Source: Lama guanicoe (Eukaryota). From it: a stretch of DNA of 64,000 bases. This document shows, piece by piece, positions 49,561-62,960 of this stretch. The stretch lies in assembly GCA_013239625.1 (NCBI GenBank), contig MU053994.1:1-64000 (forward strand). The letters run 5' to 3'. The notes under the pieces were generated by a model. That model worked only from the letters and a program-made list of their open reading frames with translations, was not told where the DNA came from and did no database searches. Every line of letters starts with the position of its first letter. The first letter of the stretch is position 1. A program made the translations under genes and the position numbers.

Positions 49561-51379
49561 CCCCAGATGCCTCTGCCCAGTAGCTTTCTGGAGGCCCTTT
49601 CACGTGAGATTTTTTTTTAATTCTCAGAAATGAAACAGATTTCCCTTCCTTTGACCCTCCTGTCAAAAGCTGAGCACCCTCAAATATTAGAGCACTAGAA
49701 AGTAATAGAAGTTGGGGGAGCTGATTACGCTATTATTGTTTCTGTCATTAAGGTGAAGGTAAGTTGCTTTTGCAATCCCCGGGTCTGTAACCCAGAATAA
49801 CTGCCCCCTGTGTTGCTTTCTATTCAGTTCATCGTATGGCTCTGATAAAATGCGTATCTGATAGGGGTGTCCTCTTTTAAATACATAAATGTAGACAGAA
49901 TTTTACCCCATTATAATCCAACGTGCATTTTTTTTTCATTTTAAAGTGTATCGTTAGGTTTGTCAGGACGACAGCAGACTTGACAGGGCAGGCTTTCTTA
50001 ATGAATAGCTTTCCAACAGCTCCTTAAAGTGAATTGGATTTCACAACTATGTGAGGTTTTTTGTTGGTTTTTTTTTTTCTGGATTCACTTTAAATACAGC
50101 GTGTGGATATTGGAAGAGAATGTGCCAGTTCCCGTGGAGTAGGAAAAAAAAAATCCTCCAAAGTATCATAGTAACTAGAACTGAAAGAGAGGCACTTTCA
50201 TTCATAACCTACTGGAGCCAAATATTGTTCTAGGGAGGAAGTGACACATTTAACTTGGCTCTCTCTATTTCGGTGAGAGGCATTTGAAGAAGAATTAAAG
50301 GTACATGGTGTTTTAAAAGTGTAATTAACTTATATAACATCGACAGAGGCTGGCTTGTTTTTTTTTTTTTTGGATTTATAGCAGGTGAGGTTAATTCAAG
50401 TGAGAAAAAAGATTACTAAACACCGTGCACTGTGCTAGCAGGGCAGCAAAGGGCTGTGTGACAAAGTTGTCTTGAAATAGTTCACTCTGCTTCTGAGTCA
50501 CTGTTATCTGCTAGCAATTTCCCAAGGGCCCTTCCAGTTGTATAAAACCTTTTAGAAGGCCACGGGGCTATTTACGTATCATTTGCATTATATTTGCATC
50601 TGCTCTTAAGACCTTGCAGTCTGGCAGTAGGCAATTTTCAAGTTCATGGAGATTTTTTTTCCCAGATGTTTTCCTTCAACTTGCTTTCATCCCCTTTTTG
50701 TGCTTTTCTCCAGAATGGAATGGCAGAGTGAGAGACCCATCAGGTCATGCAGGTGGAAACAGATCAGAAGGACTCCTTGCCCCAAGACTGGTGGCCCAGG
50801 GCCAGTCTGCAGTGCTGAGCCACAAAGACGTTTAATAAGACCTCTCTTTTGCCCGGCTGCCAAACTAGATCTGTCTTTTTATACTAATCAAGTTGAGGTG
50901 CTTTGGCCCCTGCTCCAAGGAGACAGAACAAGCTCTGAGGTAAAAAACAACAATAGCAACAAAAAACAAACAAACAAAAAACCCAGCTCTTAACTTGAGC
51001 AGATCAGCTAGTCTCAGTGCCAGCCTCAGCTGTGGCAACCAAGAAGTTCAGGCTTGAAAGGTGCGGGGCAGAGGCTAAGCATACCAGGTTGGAAGCCCTT
51101 TTAGGGGAAAATACAAGTCTTCGACACTGTTTCCACCGCCACATCCCAGCCTGCATAGGGCTTTGCCCTCAGGAGGTGATCTGTAAACCTTGATTAAATT
51201 GAACCACGAACTTCTGTCATTTCTCTATAAATAACCTGCCATTATGTTCTGGGTTTCTTTCCCTCCAGTGTCACTTACATTCACTTTCCTCTGTCAGTGC
51301 CCTCAGTTATCATCCTCGTCTAGATCCTCCCCACCCTATGTGGCACGTCTTTGCCACCTAGTTGCGTGAACCAATCACC

Positions 51380-52162
51380 TTTTCCTGGGATTAGTGTGAT
51401 ATATGTACTCTGGGCTAGATTCTCTCACTCGGGCCAGTCCATGTACCTCTGAGAAAGCAGTCTTCTTAAAAATGCTTTTCATTCTGTCGTTACCCTGCTC
51501 AGCATCCTGCAATGGCTCCCTATTACCTTTCCTCCAGTGGCTTCTCATCTCACTTGGCAGTCAGAGCTCAGACACTTAAAATGGCTGACAGGGCCCCACA
51601 GGATCTGGCCCCTGTTTAGCTGCTCCACTTTTTGTTCACTCGGCTTCAACCCCACCGACCTTCTTGCTGTTTCAGGCCTCTCTTGTCTCAGGGTGTTTGT
51701 ACTCACTGTTCCCTCTGCTTGGAATACTCTTTCCCCAGCTATTTTTATAGCTAGCTCCTTGACCTTGTACAGGTTACCGCCTCAGAGAGGCCTTCCGTCC
51801 ACCCTGTTTAAAACTGCCCCCTGTCCCCTGACTTTCGCCATTTTCTTGCTTCATTTTACTAATTTTGTTTACGTTGTCTTCAGTTAGAATGTAAACGCCA
51901 GAAGAGTAGAGAGTTTTTGTTTCATTGCTGTATTTAGGTGTTAAGACAGTGCTCGGTACAGGTTTAGGTACTCAACTTTCTGTGTTTTGGTGATGGTGTG
52001 AATATTGTCTAATCTGTGGCTTCCTTTATCACTCAGTCTTAATGGCATCTCATTTATCAGTATTTTCCTTTATGGTGGTGCTTTTGATGTTATGTTTAAA
52101 AAAAATCATTTCCTTCTGTCAAGGTATCAGTAGATATTTGTTGAATGAGTGAATAAATGAAT
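51380..52162 (+). mobile_element. L2 3' part, interrupted by a short antisense L1 fragment (~51970-52125)
   Basis: cctccagtggcttctcatctcact...ttccctctgcttggaatactctt...tagatatttgttgaatgagtgaataaatgaat. Confidence 0.75.
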
Positions 52163-52209
52163 ACTAGTTTCTTACAGATTTTACCTGAAATCCAGCTTAA
52201 CTGCTAGAC

Positions 52210-52385
52210 CAGTGTTTGTTCGACTTTAATGTTATGGGAATCACCTGCAGATCTTGTTAATCAACTACAGATTCTGATTCGGCAGGCCTCGGATTGGGCC
52301 TGAGATTCTGCATTTCTAGTAAAATGGGTGATGCCTAATTAGATAATGCTGATTAGTCCAGGGACCATGCTTTGAATAGGAAAGT
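52210..52385 (+). mobile_element. MER5A
   Basis: gaatcacctgcagatcttgttaa...cagattctgattcggcagg...ggcctgagattctgcatttcta. Confidence 0.8.
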
Positions 52386-53789
52386 GGTCCAATGCTGCGT
52401 AGATTTTGGCATCATACTAGCCACGTCTATGAAGGCATGCCATACGACACCGTTTTGTGAAGCCTGATGTATTTATTTATACAGTTGTGGTTTAAAATAC
52501 TGACCACTGTATCCTACCATGCTTTCAATATAAGGACCCACCAGAGGAATTTCTCTCAGGACTTAGAAACAGGAAGATTTGTGCTCCTGCTGGAAATTGA
52601 TGGAATTTTTTAAATCTCCGGGATAAGTCATGTTACTGATTGTATTTCTCATTTTATGTTGGCTACTAGGAAGCAAGTGGCCGGAACTGTGGTCCACATA
52701 GCTTGAGTACAATGTGTATTTTTGTATACTGAGGTTTGCTCTGGGTTTACCTAATTTTTTTCCTTCCTTCATTTGCCCTTTTCTGAATTTTCTCCCTGAT
52801 ATTTGATTTTATTATTTGTATTTATAAGATTCAGAAATGAGAAAGTGTGTGTATGTAGAGAGAGAGACATACAGACACAGAAAGAACCACTCAATCCAAG
52901 TAATGTATTTTTGCTTAATTTGGCCCTCCGGGAAATACTCAAGGGAAATAGCTTTGAGGGTTTGTAAGGCAGACATCCTTGAGCACTGGGGCACTAATGT
53001 CTCAAGAAATCACACCATAAGAACTTGTACTGAGTCTTTTCTGCTTTACAGATTGGTGGAAACATAGCAGGGAAAAGGAAGTTAGAAAGAATGATGGAAG
53101 GACTAAGGAAGAGGCCTAGGGGACTATGGTTAAAATAATAACTTTGCCACTGGGTGACCTTGGACAGGTAATTGAACATCCTGGAGCCTTAATTTCCTGC
53201 CTTGTAAAATGGATTAATAATAGCTTCCTCATTCGCTTATTCTACCATTTATTCATTCAGTGAATGTCAGGTTTCTACGTGTGCCAGGCACCCTGCTAGA
53301 TGCCAGGATTGAGAGTGAACAAAAATCAATATAGTTGTGTTGTCATAAGTGCTCTGAGGGAAGTAAACAGGAAATCAGTGCAGGCGGGGCAGGCGAGGGG
53401 AGGGGCGCTGCCTGGCGCCCGAGAGCGTGGAAGGAGTCTCTGTGGAGGTGATGTCCTAGCTCATCACTGAAGCATGAGAATGAAGTGGCAGAGGACAGGA
53501 AGGACAAAGCCCCCAAGGTGGGAAACTGCTTGGAGATGTCCAAGAAAAGGAAGGTGGCCGGCATGGCTGGAGCAGAGTGAGCAATGGATAGAGGGCTCGG
53601 GGCATTTGAAACCCGGGAGGAGCTATGAGCAGGGAAAAAGCAGATCCCGCAGGGCCAGGGCGTTTGTATTTGTTTCAGGTTTAAACAGAGAAATGTCATC
53701 TTAATTATCTTTTTAAAAAGCTTACCCTGGTTTTCGGTATAGACAGTGGATCAAACAGTATTGAGAATGATCACAAGGGGGACTGGTTA

Positions 53790-54255
53790 GAGGGGGTCTA
53801 AACCCCTTGCGTGCCAAGGACTCCTTTATAACTCTGGTGAAACCTCCAGTGCTTCTTTTTAGAAGAACATTTTGAGATGCATAAAATAAAACACATAGGA
53901 TTACAAAGGAAGCCAATTATATTAACATTCAGTTACCAAAACATTTTAAAAACATGTGATGCAGTAGCATATGTGCTGCTTTGTTAACACATTCGATACA
54001 ATTTTGCTGCGGGCCTAAGGATTATGGTACATTTGGAACGGTGATGAGGGTCAATGATATTTCGAGATACCTTCAACAACTGCAGTGTGATGAATACATC
54101 TGTGATTTCCATAGGTGGCAAAGTCACAAGCACTGCTGGGTATTTTGTGGTCTGCATTTGTAATGAAAGGAAATGCTAGGTTGTTTAAATAAGATTGGAG
54201 AAAATAGAGATGCGATTTTACTTTCCTGGCCCAAGGGACTGGTCTGGAAGTTGCT
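53790..54255 (+). mobile_element. MER119-like hAT-Charlie element inserted in an antisense L2
   Basis: gtgccaaggactcctt...ctggtgaaacct...gcataaaataaaacacataggattacaaaggaagccaattatatt. Confidence 0.7.
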
Positions 54256-54495
54256 GTGATGACTCAACCTAGATAAAGTTCCTAGTATAGTGCTTGACAC
54301 AAGGTGGATGTTTAATGAAATCAGTGTTATTTCCTTTGCCTCTACTAAGAAAGAATCAAAAGCAATTCTGAAAATCACGTAGAAAGTTAGACCCAATACA
54401 AAGAATCTTTTTTCCTGCCATGATTAAAGGAACAAACCTTTTGCTAGATTGTTAATTGGGTCTTTAGTACATACGTAAGGCAGGTGGTTGGCAGC

Positions 54496-55010
54496 TGTAC
54501 CAGTGGGGATGCTTTTAGCTGCAGATAATAGAATGTCCAGTAGAAAGTGATCTGAATAATGGGAACATGTATTACCTCATTTGCCAAGGGGTGTAGAGCT
54601 ACGTCATTCCAGGATTGGTTCAGCAACTCAGGAAAATCATCAGACCTCGGGCCCTTTCCAACCTTTTTCTGTGCTCTTCTGAGTGTGTGAGCTGCATCAC
54701 TCTTCAAAATTGCAAGATGGCTGCTGCCATCTCAAGCGTCATGTTCCCATGCAACTGAGTGTGAGGGTTTTTCCTTGTTTTGTTTTGTTTTGTTTTTTTT
54801 GAACCATATGGAACATTCTATCCTTGAAGAATTTCCCTTCTGCCTCATTGCACAGCACATGGTCACTGGCCCAGCTCTGTCCACTTCTGATTTCTGGGGA
54901 GGCTGGAAAGGCTAGTAGCCTTCATGTCTAACCTCTGTCGGTGGATGCAGGTTCTGATGAGAAGAAAGGAGGGGGGAATGGCTGTTGGGTGGTTACTTGA
55001 AGTGTCTGCC
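54496..55010. mobile_element. MaLR LTR (MLT1J-like)
   Basis: ggatgcttttagctgcagataatagaa...ttggttcagcaactca...gcaagatggctgctgcc...tctggggaggctggaaag. Confidence 0.7.
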
Positions 55011-55049
55011 CCTGGGCTCCCTTACCAGGGTCTGCCTCGTGACCTCCCA

Positions 55050-58000
55050 CTTCCTTAGCTGTTGTCCATAATGCCACAATGAACGTGGGGATGCACATAC
55101 CTCTTCCAGATCCAGTTTTCATTTCTTTTGGATAAATACCCAAAAGTGGGAATGCTGGATCATATGGTAGTTCTGTTTTTACTTTTTTAAGGAACGTCCA
55201 TACTGTTTTCCGTAGTTGTGGTACCAATTTATATTGCCACTAACAGTGTACAAGGGTTCTCTTTTCTCTACATCCTCAGCAATACTTATCTCTTACTTTT
55301 TTGATGATTCTTACAGGTGTGAGGTGACAACCTCATCATGGTTTTGATTTGCATTTCTCTGATGGTTAGTGATAGCGAGCACCTTTTCATGTACCTGTTG
55401 GCTATTTGTATGCTTTTTTTTTTAAGTGCTCAATTTTTAAAATTTATGTATTTTTATTGAAGTATAGTCAGTTTACAATGTTGTGTCAATTTCTGGTATA
55501 GAGCACAATATTTCAGTCATACACATACATACATATATTTGTTTTCATATTCTTTTTCATTATAGGTTATTACAAGATACTGAATATAGTTCCCTGTACT
55601 ATACAGTATAAACTTGTTGTTTATTTTATATATAGTAGTTAGTATCTGCAAATCTTGAACTCTCAATTTACCCCTTCCCACCCCCTTCACCCCCTGGTAA
55701 CCATAAGTTTGTTTTTTATGTCTGTGAGTCTGTTTCTGTTTTGTAAATAAGTTCATTTGGCTTTTTTTTTTAAGATTCCACATATAAGTGACATCATATG
55801 GTATTTTTCTTTCTCTTTCTGGCTTACAATCTCTAGGTCCATCCATGTTGCTGCAAATGGCATTGTTTTATAATTTTTATGGCTGAGTAGTATTCCACTG
55901 TATAAATATACCACAGCTTCTTTATCCAGTCATCTGTCAATGGACATTTAGGTTGTTTCCATGTCTTGGCTATTGTAAATAGTGCTGCTATGAACATTGA
56001 GGTGCATGTGTCTTTTCAAATTAGAGTTCTCTCTGGATATACTCCCAGGAGTGGGATTCCTGGATCATATAGTAAGTCTATTTTTAGGTTTTTGAAGATC
56101 TCCATACTGTTTTCCATAATGGCTACACCAAACTACATTCCCACCAACAGTGTAGGAGGGCTGCCTTTTCTCCACACCCTCTCCAGCATTTATCATTTTG
56201 GAGAGATGTCTATGCAGTTCCTCTGCCCATTTTTAAAATTCAGTTATTTGTTTCCCTGTTGAGTTGTAGGACTTCTTTATATATTTTGAATATTAACCTC
56301 TTACCAAAATACAGTTTGCAGATACTTGCTCCTGTTCTGTAGGTTGCCTTTTCATTTTGTTGTTCTTTTGCTCTGTAGAAGCTTTTTAGTTTGATGTAGT
56401 TCCACTTATTTTTGCTTTTGCTACTTGTGATTTTGGTGTCATATCCAGAAAATCATTGCCAAGACCAGTGTCAAGGAGTTTTTCTCCTGTGTTCTCTTTT
56501 AGGAGTTGTACCTTTTCTGGTTTTACGTTTAAGCCTTTAATCTATTTCAAGCTAATTTTTGTGAGTGGTGTAAGGTTCATTTTTCTGCATGTGGTTATTC
56601 AGTTTTCTCAATACTGTTCATTAATAAGACTATCCTTTCCCCATTGAATATTCTTGGCTCCCATGTCAAGTATTAGTTGACCATATACTTGGGGGTTTAT
56701 TTATGGGCTCTTGATTCTGTTCCATTGGTCTATGTGTCTGTTTTCATATCAGTACCATAGTGTTTGGATTACTAAACCTTTGTAATATAGTTTGAAATCA
56801 GGAAGTGTGATACCTCTAGCTTTGTTCTGTTTTCTCAAGATTGCTTTGGCTATTCAGGGTCTTTTGCGGTTCTGTATAAATTTTAGGACTGTTTTTGTGT
56901 TTCTGTGAAAGTGTCATTAGGATTTTGATAGCAGTAGCATTCAATCTACAGATGGCTTTGGATAGTATGGGTAGTATGGACACTTTAATAATATCAATTC
57001 TTCTGATCCACAAACACAGGATGTCTTTCCATTTATTTGTATTTAATTTCTTTCATCAAAGTCTTAGTTGTCAGTATACAGATCTTCACCTCCTTGGTTA
57101 AATTCTGAAGTGTTTATTGTTTCTGATTTTATTATAATGGGATTTCTTTATTTCCTTTTCAGATAGTTTGTTGTTTTCTTAGTGTGTAGAAACACAGCTG
57201 ATTTTTGTATGTTGATATTGTAACCTGCAACTTTACTGAACTCATTTATTAGTTCTAGTAGTTCTTTGGTAGAGTCTTTAGGATTTTCTATATATAAGTT
57301 TATGTCATCTGCAAACAAACACTTCTTTCTTTCTGATTTGGGTACCTTTTATTTCTTTTAATTGCCTGATCGCTCGGGCTAAAACTTCCAGTACTATGTT
57401 GAATGAGTGTGAGAGTGGGCAGCTTTGTCTTGTTCTTCATCTTAGAGGAAAAGCTTTCAACCTTTCACCATTGAGTATATGATGCTAGCTGTGGGCTTGC
57501 CATAGATGACATTTATTATATTGAGGTATATCCCTTCTATAACCAGTTTGTTCACTTTTTATTATGAAAGGATATTGAATTTTATCAAATTATTTATCTG
57601 CACCTATTGAGATAATCGTGATGTTTTATCTTCATTATATTAATGTGATGTATCACATTTTTAAAGGAGAAATTTACTTCTTAAATTTACTCATTTAGTT
57701 ACTTATTGGCTGTGTGCTTTGCAGTGTCCTTTGTACTATGTATACATTTTTATTTTCATTTTTTTAGCTGTACTGAGGTATAAATGACAAATAAAATTAT
57801 AAGATATTTAAAGTGTTCATTGTGGTGATTTTGATATATGTACACATTGTAAGAGGATTCCCACCCTCTAGTTAATTAACACATCCATCACCTTACATAT
57901 TTGCATATGTTGAATCATCCTTGCATCCCAGGGATCAATCCTACTTGATCCTTGTGTATGATCCTTTTAATGTGCTGTTGAATTCAGTTTGCTAGTATTT

Positions 58001-58680
58001 TGTGGAGAATGTTTATATCTATATTCATCAGGAATATTGGCCTGTAGTTTTCTTGTAGTGTCCTTATCTGGCTTTGTTACCAGGGTGACGTAGTGCTGGC
58101 CTCATAAAATGAGGCTGATAGTGTTCCCTCCTCTTCCATTTTTTGGAAGAGTTTGAGAGGGATTGACATTAATTTTTCTTTAAATGTCTGGTAGTATTCA
58201 CCAGTGAAACCATCTGGTCCCGGCTTTTCTTTGTTGGGAAGTTTTTAATTATTGATTCAATATCTTTACTTATTATTGGTTTGTTTAGATTTCTGTTTCT
58301 TCATGATTCAGTGTTGGTAAATTGTATCTTTCTAGAAATTTATCCATTTCTTCTGGGTTGTCCAGTTTGTTGACATATAGTTGTTCATATTAGTCTCTTA
58401 TGATCTTTTGTATTTCTGTAGTATCAGTTTTAATATCTCCTCTTTAATTTCTGATTTTGAGTCTTTTTTTGTCCTAATCTAGCTAACCATTTGTCAGTTT
58501 CATTTGTGTTTTCAAAGAACCAATTACTAATTTCATTGATTCTTTTCTATTGTATTTCTATTCTCTATTTCATTTATTTTGGCTCTGATGTTTGTGTACA
58601 ATTTTCTTTCTTCTGCAAACTTTGGGCTTAGTTTTTTCTTCTTTTTCTGGTTCCTGGAGGAGTAAATGTTAGGTTTTTGA
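55050..58680 (-). mobile_element. Older L1 ORF2 segment with a nested younger L1 3' end (~55430-56190) and a short L1 3' end (~57750-57895)
   Basis: ORF2 remnants KTVWTFLKKVKTELPYDPAFPLLGIYPK, WIRRIDIIKVSILP and IRAKINEIENRNTIEK on the minus strand. The nested 3' UTR is homologous to 42330-42970. Confidence 0.9.
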
Positions 58681-58773
58681 GAGCTTCCAGCACCCTCCCT
58701 ACTTTTTCTTAACAATTATTACTGTCAGACTCACAAGGTAAATTCAGACAGTAAGAGGACACAGAAAGATACA

Positions 58774-59258
58774 CAGGCATACCTCAAAGATATTGTGGGT
58801 CCAGTTCCAAACTACTGCAATAAAGCAGATGTCTCAATAAAGCAAGTCACATGAATTTTCTGGTTTACCAGTGCAGATAAGTTATGTTCACACTCTACTG
58901 TACTCTATTAAGTATGCCAATAGCATTATGTCTAAAAAACAATGTACACACCTTAATTAAAAAATACTTTATTGCTAAAACGTGCTAACCTTCATCTCAG
59001 CCATTAGCGAGTCATAGTAGTAACATCAAAGATCAGTGATCACAGATCATCATAACAAATATAATAGTAATGAAAAAGTTTGCAGTATTGGGAGAATTAC
59101 CAAAGTATGACTCAGAGACTCAAAGTGAGCAAATGCTGTTGGGAAAAATGACTCTGATAGATTTGCTTGACACAGTGTTGCCACAAACCTTTGGTTTGTG
59201 AAAAAAGCAGTGTCTGTGAAGTGCAATAAAGCAAAGTGCATAAAACGAGGTATGCCTG
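58774..59258 (-). mobile_element. Tigger1-derived non-autonomous element (~485 bp)
   Basis: TIRs caggcatacctc ... gaggtatgcctg; internal sequence matches both Tigger1 ends as recalled. Confidence 0.85.
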
Positions 59259-60199
59259 TGTAATAGGATGTCTTCTTTGAACATGATCATTAACATTTTC
59301 TTATTTTAATAAATATTCTGGTTATATAAAATACCTATATTTTTATCCATTTACATGATCGTATATTTATGTGTGTGTGTGTGCATATATATGTATATTC
59401 TACAGCTTGTTTTATTATGTACCTTGTGCATCTTTGCACATTACTGCAAAGAAAGATGTCTCATTCTTTATACTGGTTTGATTGAGTGGCTGTACCATAA
59501 TTTAACCATTACTGATGGACATTAAGTTGATTTGTTTTTTTCCTTTTTCACTATCAAAATCAATGCTCTAAAGTATATGCACATATACGTATAATACACA
59601 TATATACATGTAATATATACATACATACATATGGCTTTCTATATATGTATCTTTGCCTTCTGTTGCACGTATATGTGTAGAATAAATTTTTAAAACCCAA
59701 TTTCTGAGTCAAGGTTGATAGATACTTTTCACTTGATGGAGATTATCAAACTGCTTCCTTAAAAGGTTACATCATCTTCCATTCCCTCCACGAGCGTTTG
59801 GGAGTGCCACGTTATTTTCAATACTCAGTTTCATCAGACTTTTTAATATATGACAAACTGATGGGTACAAAATGAGGATGGAGATTTCCAGGATAGAAAA
59901 TGTGTCCCCTTATTGTTCCATTCAACACCCACTGAACAAAATGCATATGCAGGATTTCACTCAGTCTGAATTGGAGTGGTCCCTGTTTTGTAAGCAGCTG
60001 TGCATTGTGCATTGCATAAGTAAACCCTGCAGTTTGGCTTGAAATGACAGCAGGTTGGGAAGCTGGATTTTTGTAGGCTGAGTCTAGTTCCTCATTGCCT
60101 GATTATAAACCTGTCAGGAAGTGGGCACCTCTATGGGCTACAGCTTAGACTCTATTATTCTGGATCCGGAACCCTGTGATGGCTAAAAGGACAGAAGAA

Positions 60200-60420
60200 C
60201 TAGCACTGACTGGTTACTCATTGTGCACACTGTTGTAAGCACGTTACCTGTATTATGTCATGTAATACTTACCACATAAGCACTGGTTCTATTTCCATGC
60301 TCCCCAGTGAGGGAACTGAGGCACAGAGAGGCTATGGAACTTGTTCCGAGTCACACAGCTTAGTCAGTGGCAGAGGTGGGGTTCCATCCTTCACAGGCTA
60401 ATTACCAAATCTATGCTTTC
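60200..60420 (-). mobile_element. MIR SINE
   Basis: gagggaactgaggcacagagagg...aacttgttccgagtcacacagct...gtggcagagg. Confidence 0.8.
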
Positions 60421-60484
60421 AATGGATGCTCCTCACACTTGAACATGCATGCAGATCTCCTGGGGATCTTGTTAAAAATCAGGT

Positions 60485-60671
60485 AGAATAGATAAACAAG
60501 ATTATACTGTATAGCACAGAGAAACATATACAAGATCTTGTGGTAGCTCACAGTGAAAAAAAATGTGACAATGAATATATGTATGTTCATGTATAACTGA
60601 AAAATTGTGCTCTACATTGGAAATTGACACAACATTGTAAACTGACTATAACTCAATAAAAAAATGTTAAA
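60485..60671 (+). mobile_element. Young L1 3' UTR fragment with 11-bp TSD, inserted in a MER5A (~60425-60785)
   Basis: aaaaatcaggt at 60474-60484 and 60672-60682, preceded by TT (canonical TT/AAAA endonuclease site). Near-identical to 19221-19366. Confidence 0.9.
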
Positions 60672-62694
60672 AAAAATCAGGTTTTGATTCAGCAGGTCTG
60701 GGGTGAGGACCAAGGTACTGCATCTCTAGCAAGCTCCCAGATGCTGCTGCTGCTGCTTCACTGAGCAGACTTGAATAAAAAGCTCTAAATCATTCATTTT
60801 TTTCAATTTTGTGGGATTGCCTATCAACAGATTTGACTGATTTCCCACCTCCCCCCCCCCAAAAAAACTTCATGATTTTCACCACTTGTCCTTTGTACTG
60901 GAAATGATTTCTTCCACAAATGCCAGAATACCATCAGCTCTCCAGTTTGGAGTTGATGCTGAAGGAAAGATTCACTGCCTGGCACATCTTGCAGGTTTCA
61001 GGACTCAGTTAACGTCTCTGAGTGAATGCATGAATTTATTTTTTCTGATAAGTGTAATTTTACACTGTATATACCAGATTTTTTAAGAATGTCTTTAAAA
61101 TAGACCACATTCCAGCAGTTTTAAGTGATTTCATAATAATAAGAGACACTTGATTGCAGCTTTCCCAGATCAGATCGAAAACATGATCTTGATGATCATG
61201 GAACCACTCCCATGTTGAAATAACTCAATTAAGTTTACCTGTGTGACAGAGTAGTGCTGCCTCAACTCTAAATTAATTTAAATGGAAGATCCTTAGGCAT
61301 TTTTTCCTTATTTTTTTCTGACAGTGATTTAACACTTAGAATAATGCAGATTTCCTTAGAGATAACTTATTTATACCTTTTAATTAATCTACTACCGTAC
61401 ATTCCACCACAAACTAAACATACTATTTGTATTATAATTATTTGGAGAGAGCATGGTTCATAATTTTCTTATTCCCAAATAAATAAATTGGGGAAATACA
61501 CATAGTAAAAATTCTTTTAAATGTCCTGAATTATTTGTTTTGCCAATAACTTGACCTCCCAGTGTTCCATAAGGAGGTGGCTTTAATGAAATTTCACTAT
61601 ATTTATTGACTTCTGAATGCGAAATGATAGATTGTATTAATTTCTTATTAACTTGGCTAATTTCATTTTTTGCTAGTTAACAAGAGATGATTGTCACTCG
61701 ACTGGCTCCTACACAGGACACAATGGATTTCCCCCATGTGCCAGGGGGTCCTATAATTATTCCCATGTGGTGATGGTCTCTTGGTAAACAACAGTCCATG
61801 ATGTGTCTAAGTGTTTCTTTTCATGATTCACTTTTATTTATTTATCTCTGACTTCCATTCACTAATTAAGTACAATGCCTTGGATGTTGGATGTTTGATT
61901 TGTCTCAAAGAAAAACATGTTGTTCTCATGCATTATTTATATATATCTAAGTACTTCTTATCTTTTCCTAATTATTTTCTTTATGGATTTAGTTACTAAG
62001 GAAACCTACCAAGTTAACAGACTCATTATTCTTGGGGTGCTAGCCACTTGGACAAATGGAATTTTCAAGATGTCATTTGATCCATTCTTTCTTTTAGCAA
62101 GCTGAACAAAGAAGTGTTTTGTGTAAGATCACATTTTCTTTTCCAAATGGCTTTACCCATTCAACAGCCCAGACAGATGAATGCCTTTGACACATTGAAG
62201 TGTGAGTGTTGCTACCTGGGCTATAAAGCAGCTGTTTCCCAGATGAGAGGCAGTCTTACAGATTTCATGCGTGAGAACATCATCTAAATGAGAGGTGGCA
62301 AAACAAATATTGGTCATAGCGTTATGTGCAGTTAGCTGTTACTGTGCCCATCTGCTGGCTCCATTGCTTTGCATGGAATGGATTCCCTGTGCTCAGTGGT
62401 CTATTGAAATCTGGTGTCCATGACAACCGAAGCATCACCAATCTCAGAACAAGCACTATGGGGCCAGCTGAATCTCCACTCTTATAATGACTTTAGGAGG
62501 GAGCCACATTTCTGTCTAAGGCTGAAAAGATCCAGTGCTCAGCCAGAAAGGAAGTATTATTCTCATGCACATTTCAGTAACATAGTTTTGCTATTTGAAA
62601 TGTTTTCTTCTTTCCTTGTGAGGCAAACAGAATTGCACATGTATCGCCAATTGCAACTGTTGAAATAGGTTAGAGTCTCAATGAAGGCATTAGA

Positions 62695-62960
62695 AGATCA
62701 TGGTTAAGAACAGAGCTTTCAGAGGCAGATAGCCTTGGGATTGAATCCTGGCTCCACCACAGTAGCTGGTTGACCTTAGCCACGTTCCTTAGCATCTTTG
62801 AGGCTTAATTTCCTCATCTGCAAAATGTAAGGCAAGCAGCACCCACCTCATAGGTGTGTCATGAAGATCCACTGAGAATGTGCATGGAATGTGCTTAGCA
62901 GAGGGTCTGCTAAACACAGAGTGAAGACTCTATAGGTCAGCCATTGTTTTATTAGTATTT
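62695..62960 (+). mobile_element. MIR SINE
   Basis: tggttaagaacagagcttt...ttgaatcctggctccaccac...tgaccttagcc...tttcctcatctgcaaaatg...gtgcttagca. Confidence 0.85.

Noticed and set aside
49821..49875. U2 snRNA-like fragment (tatctgata...gtcctc)
   Set aside because: Only two short words match and the U2 5' stem and branch-pairing sequence are absent.
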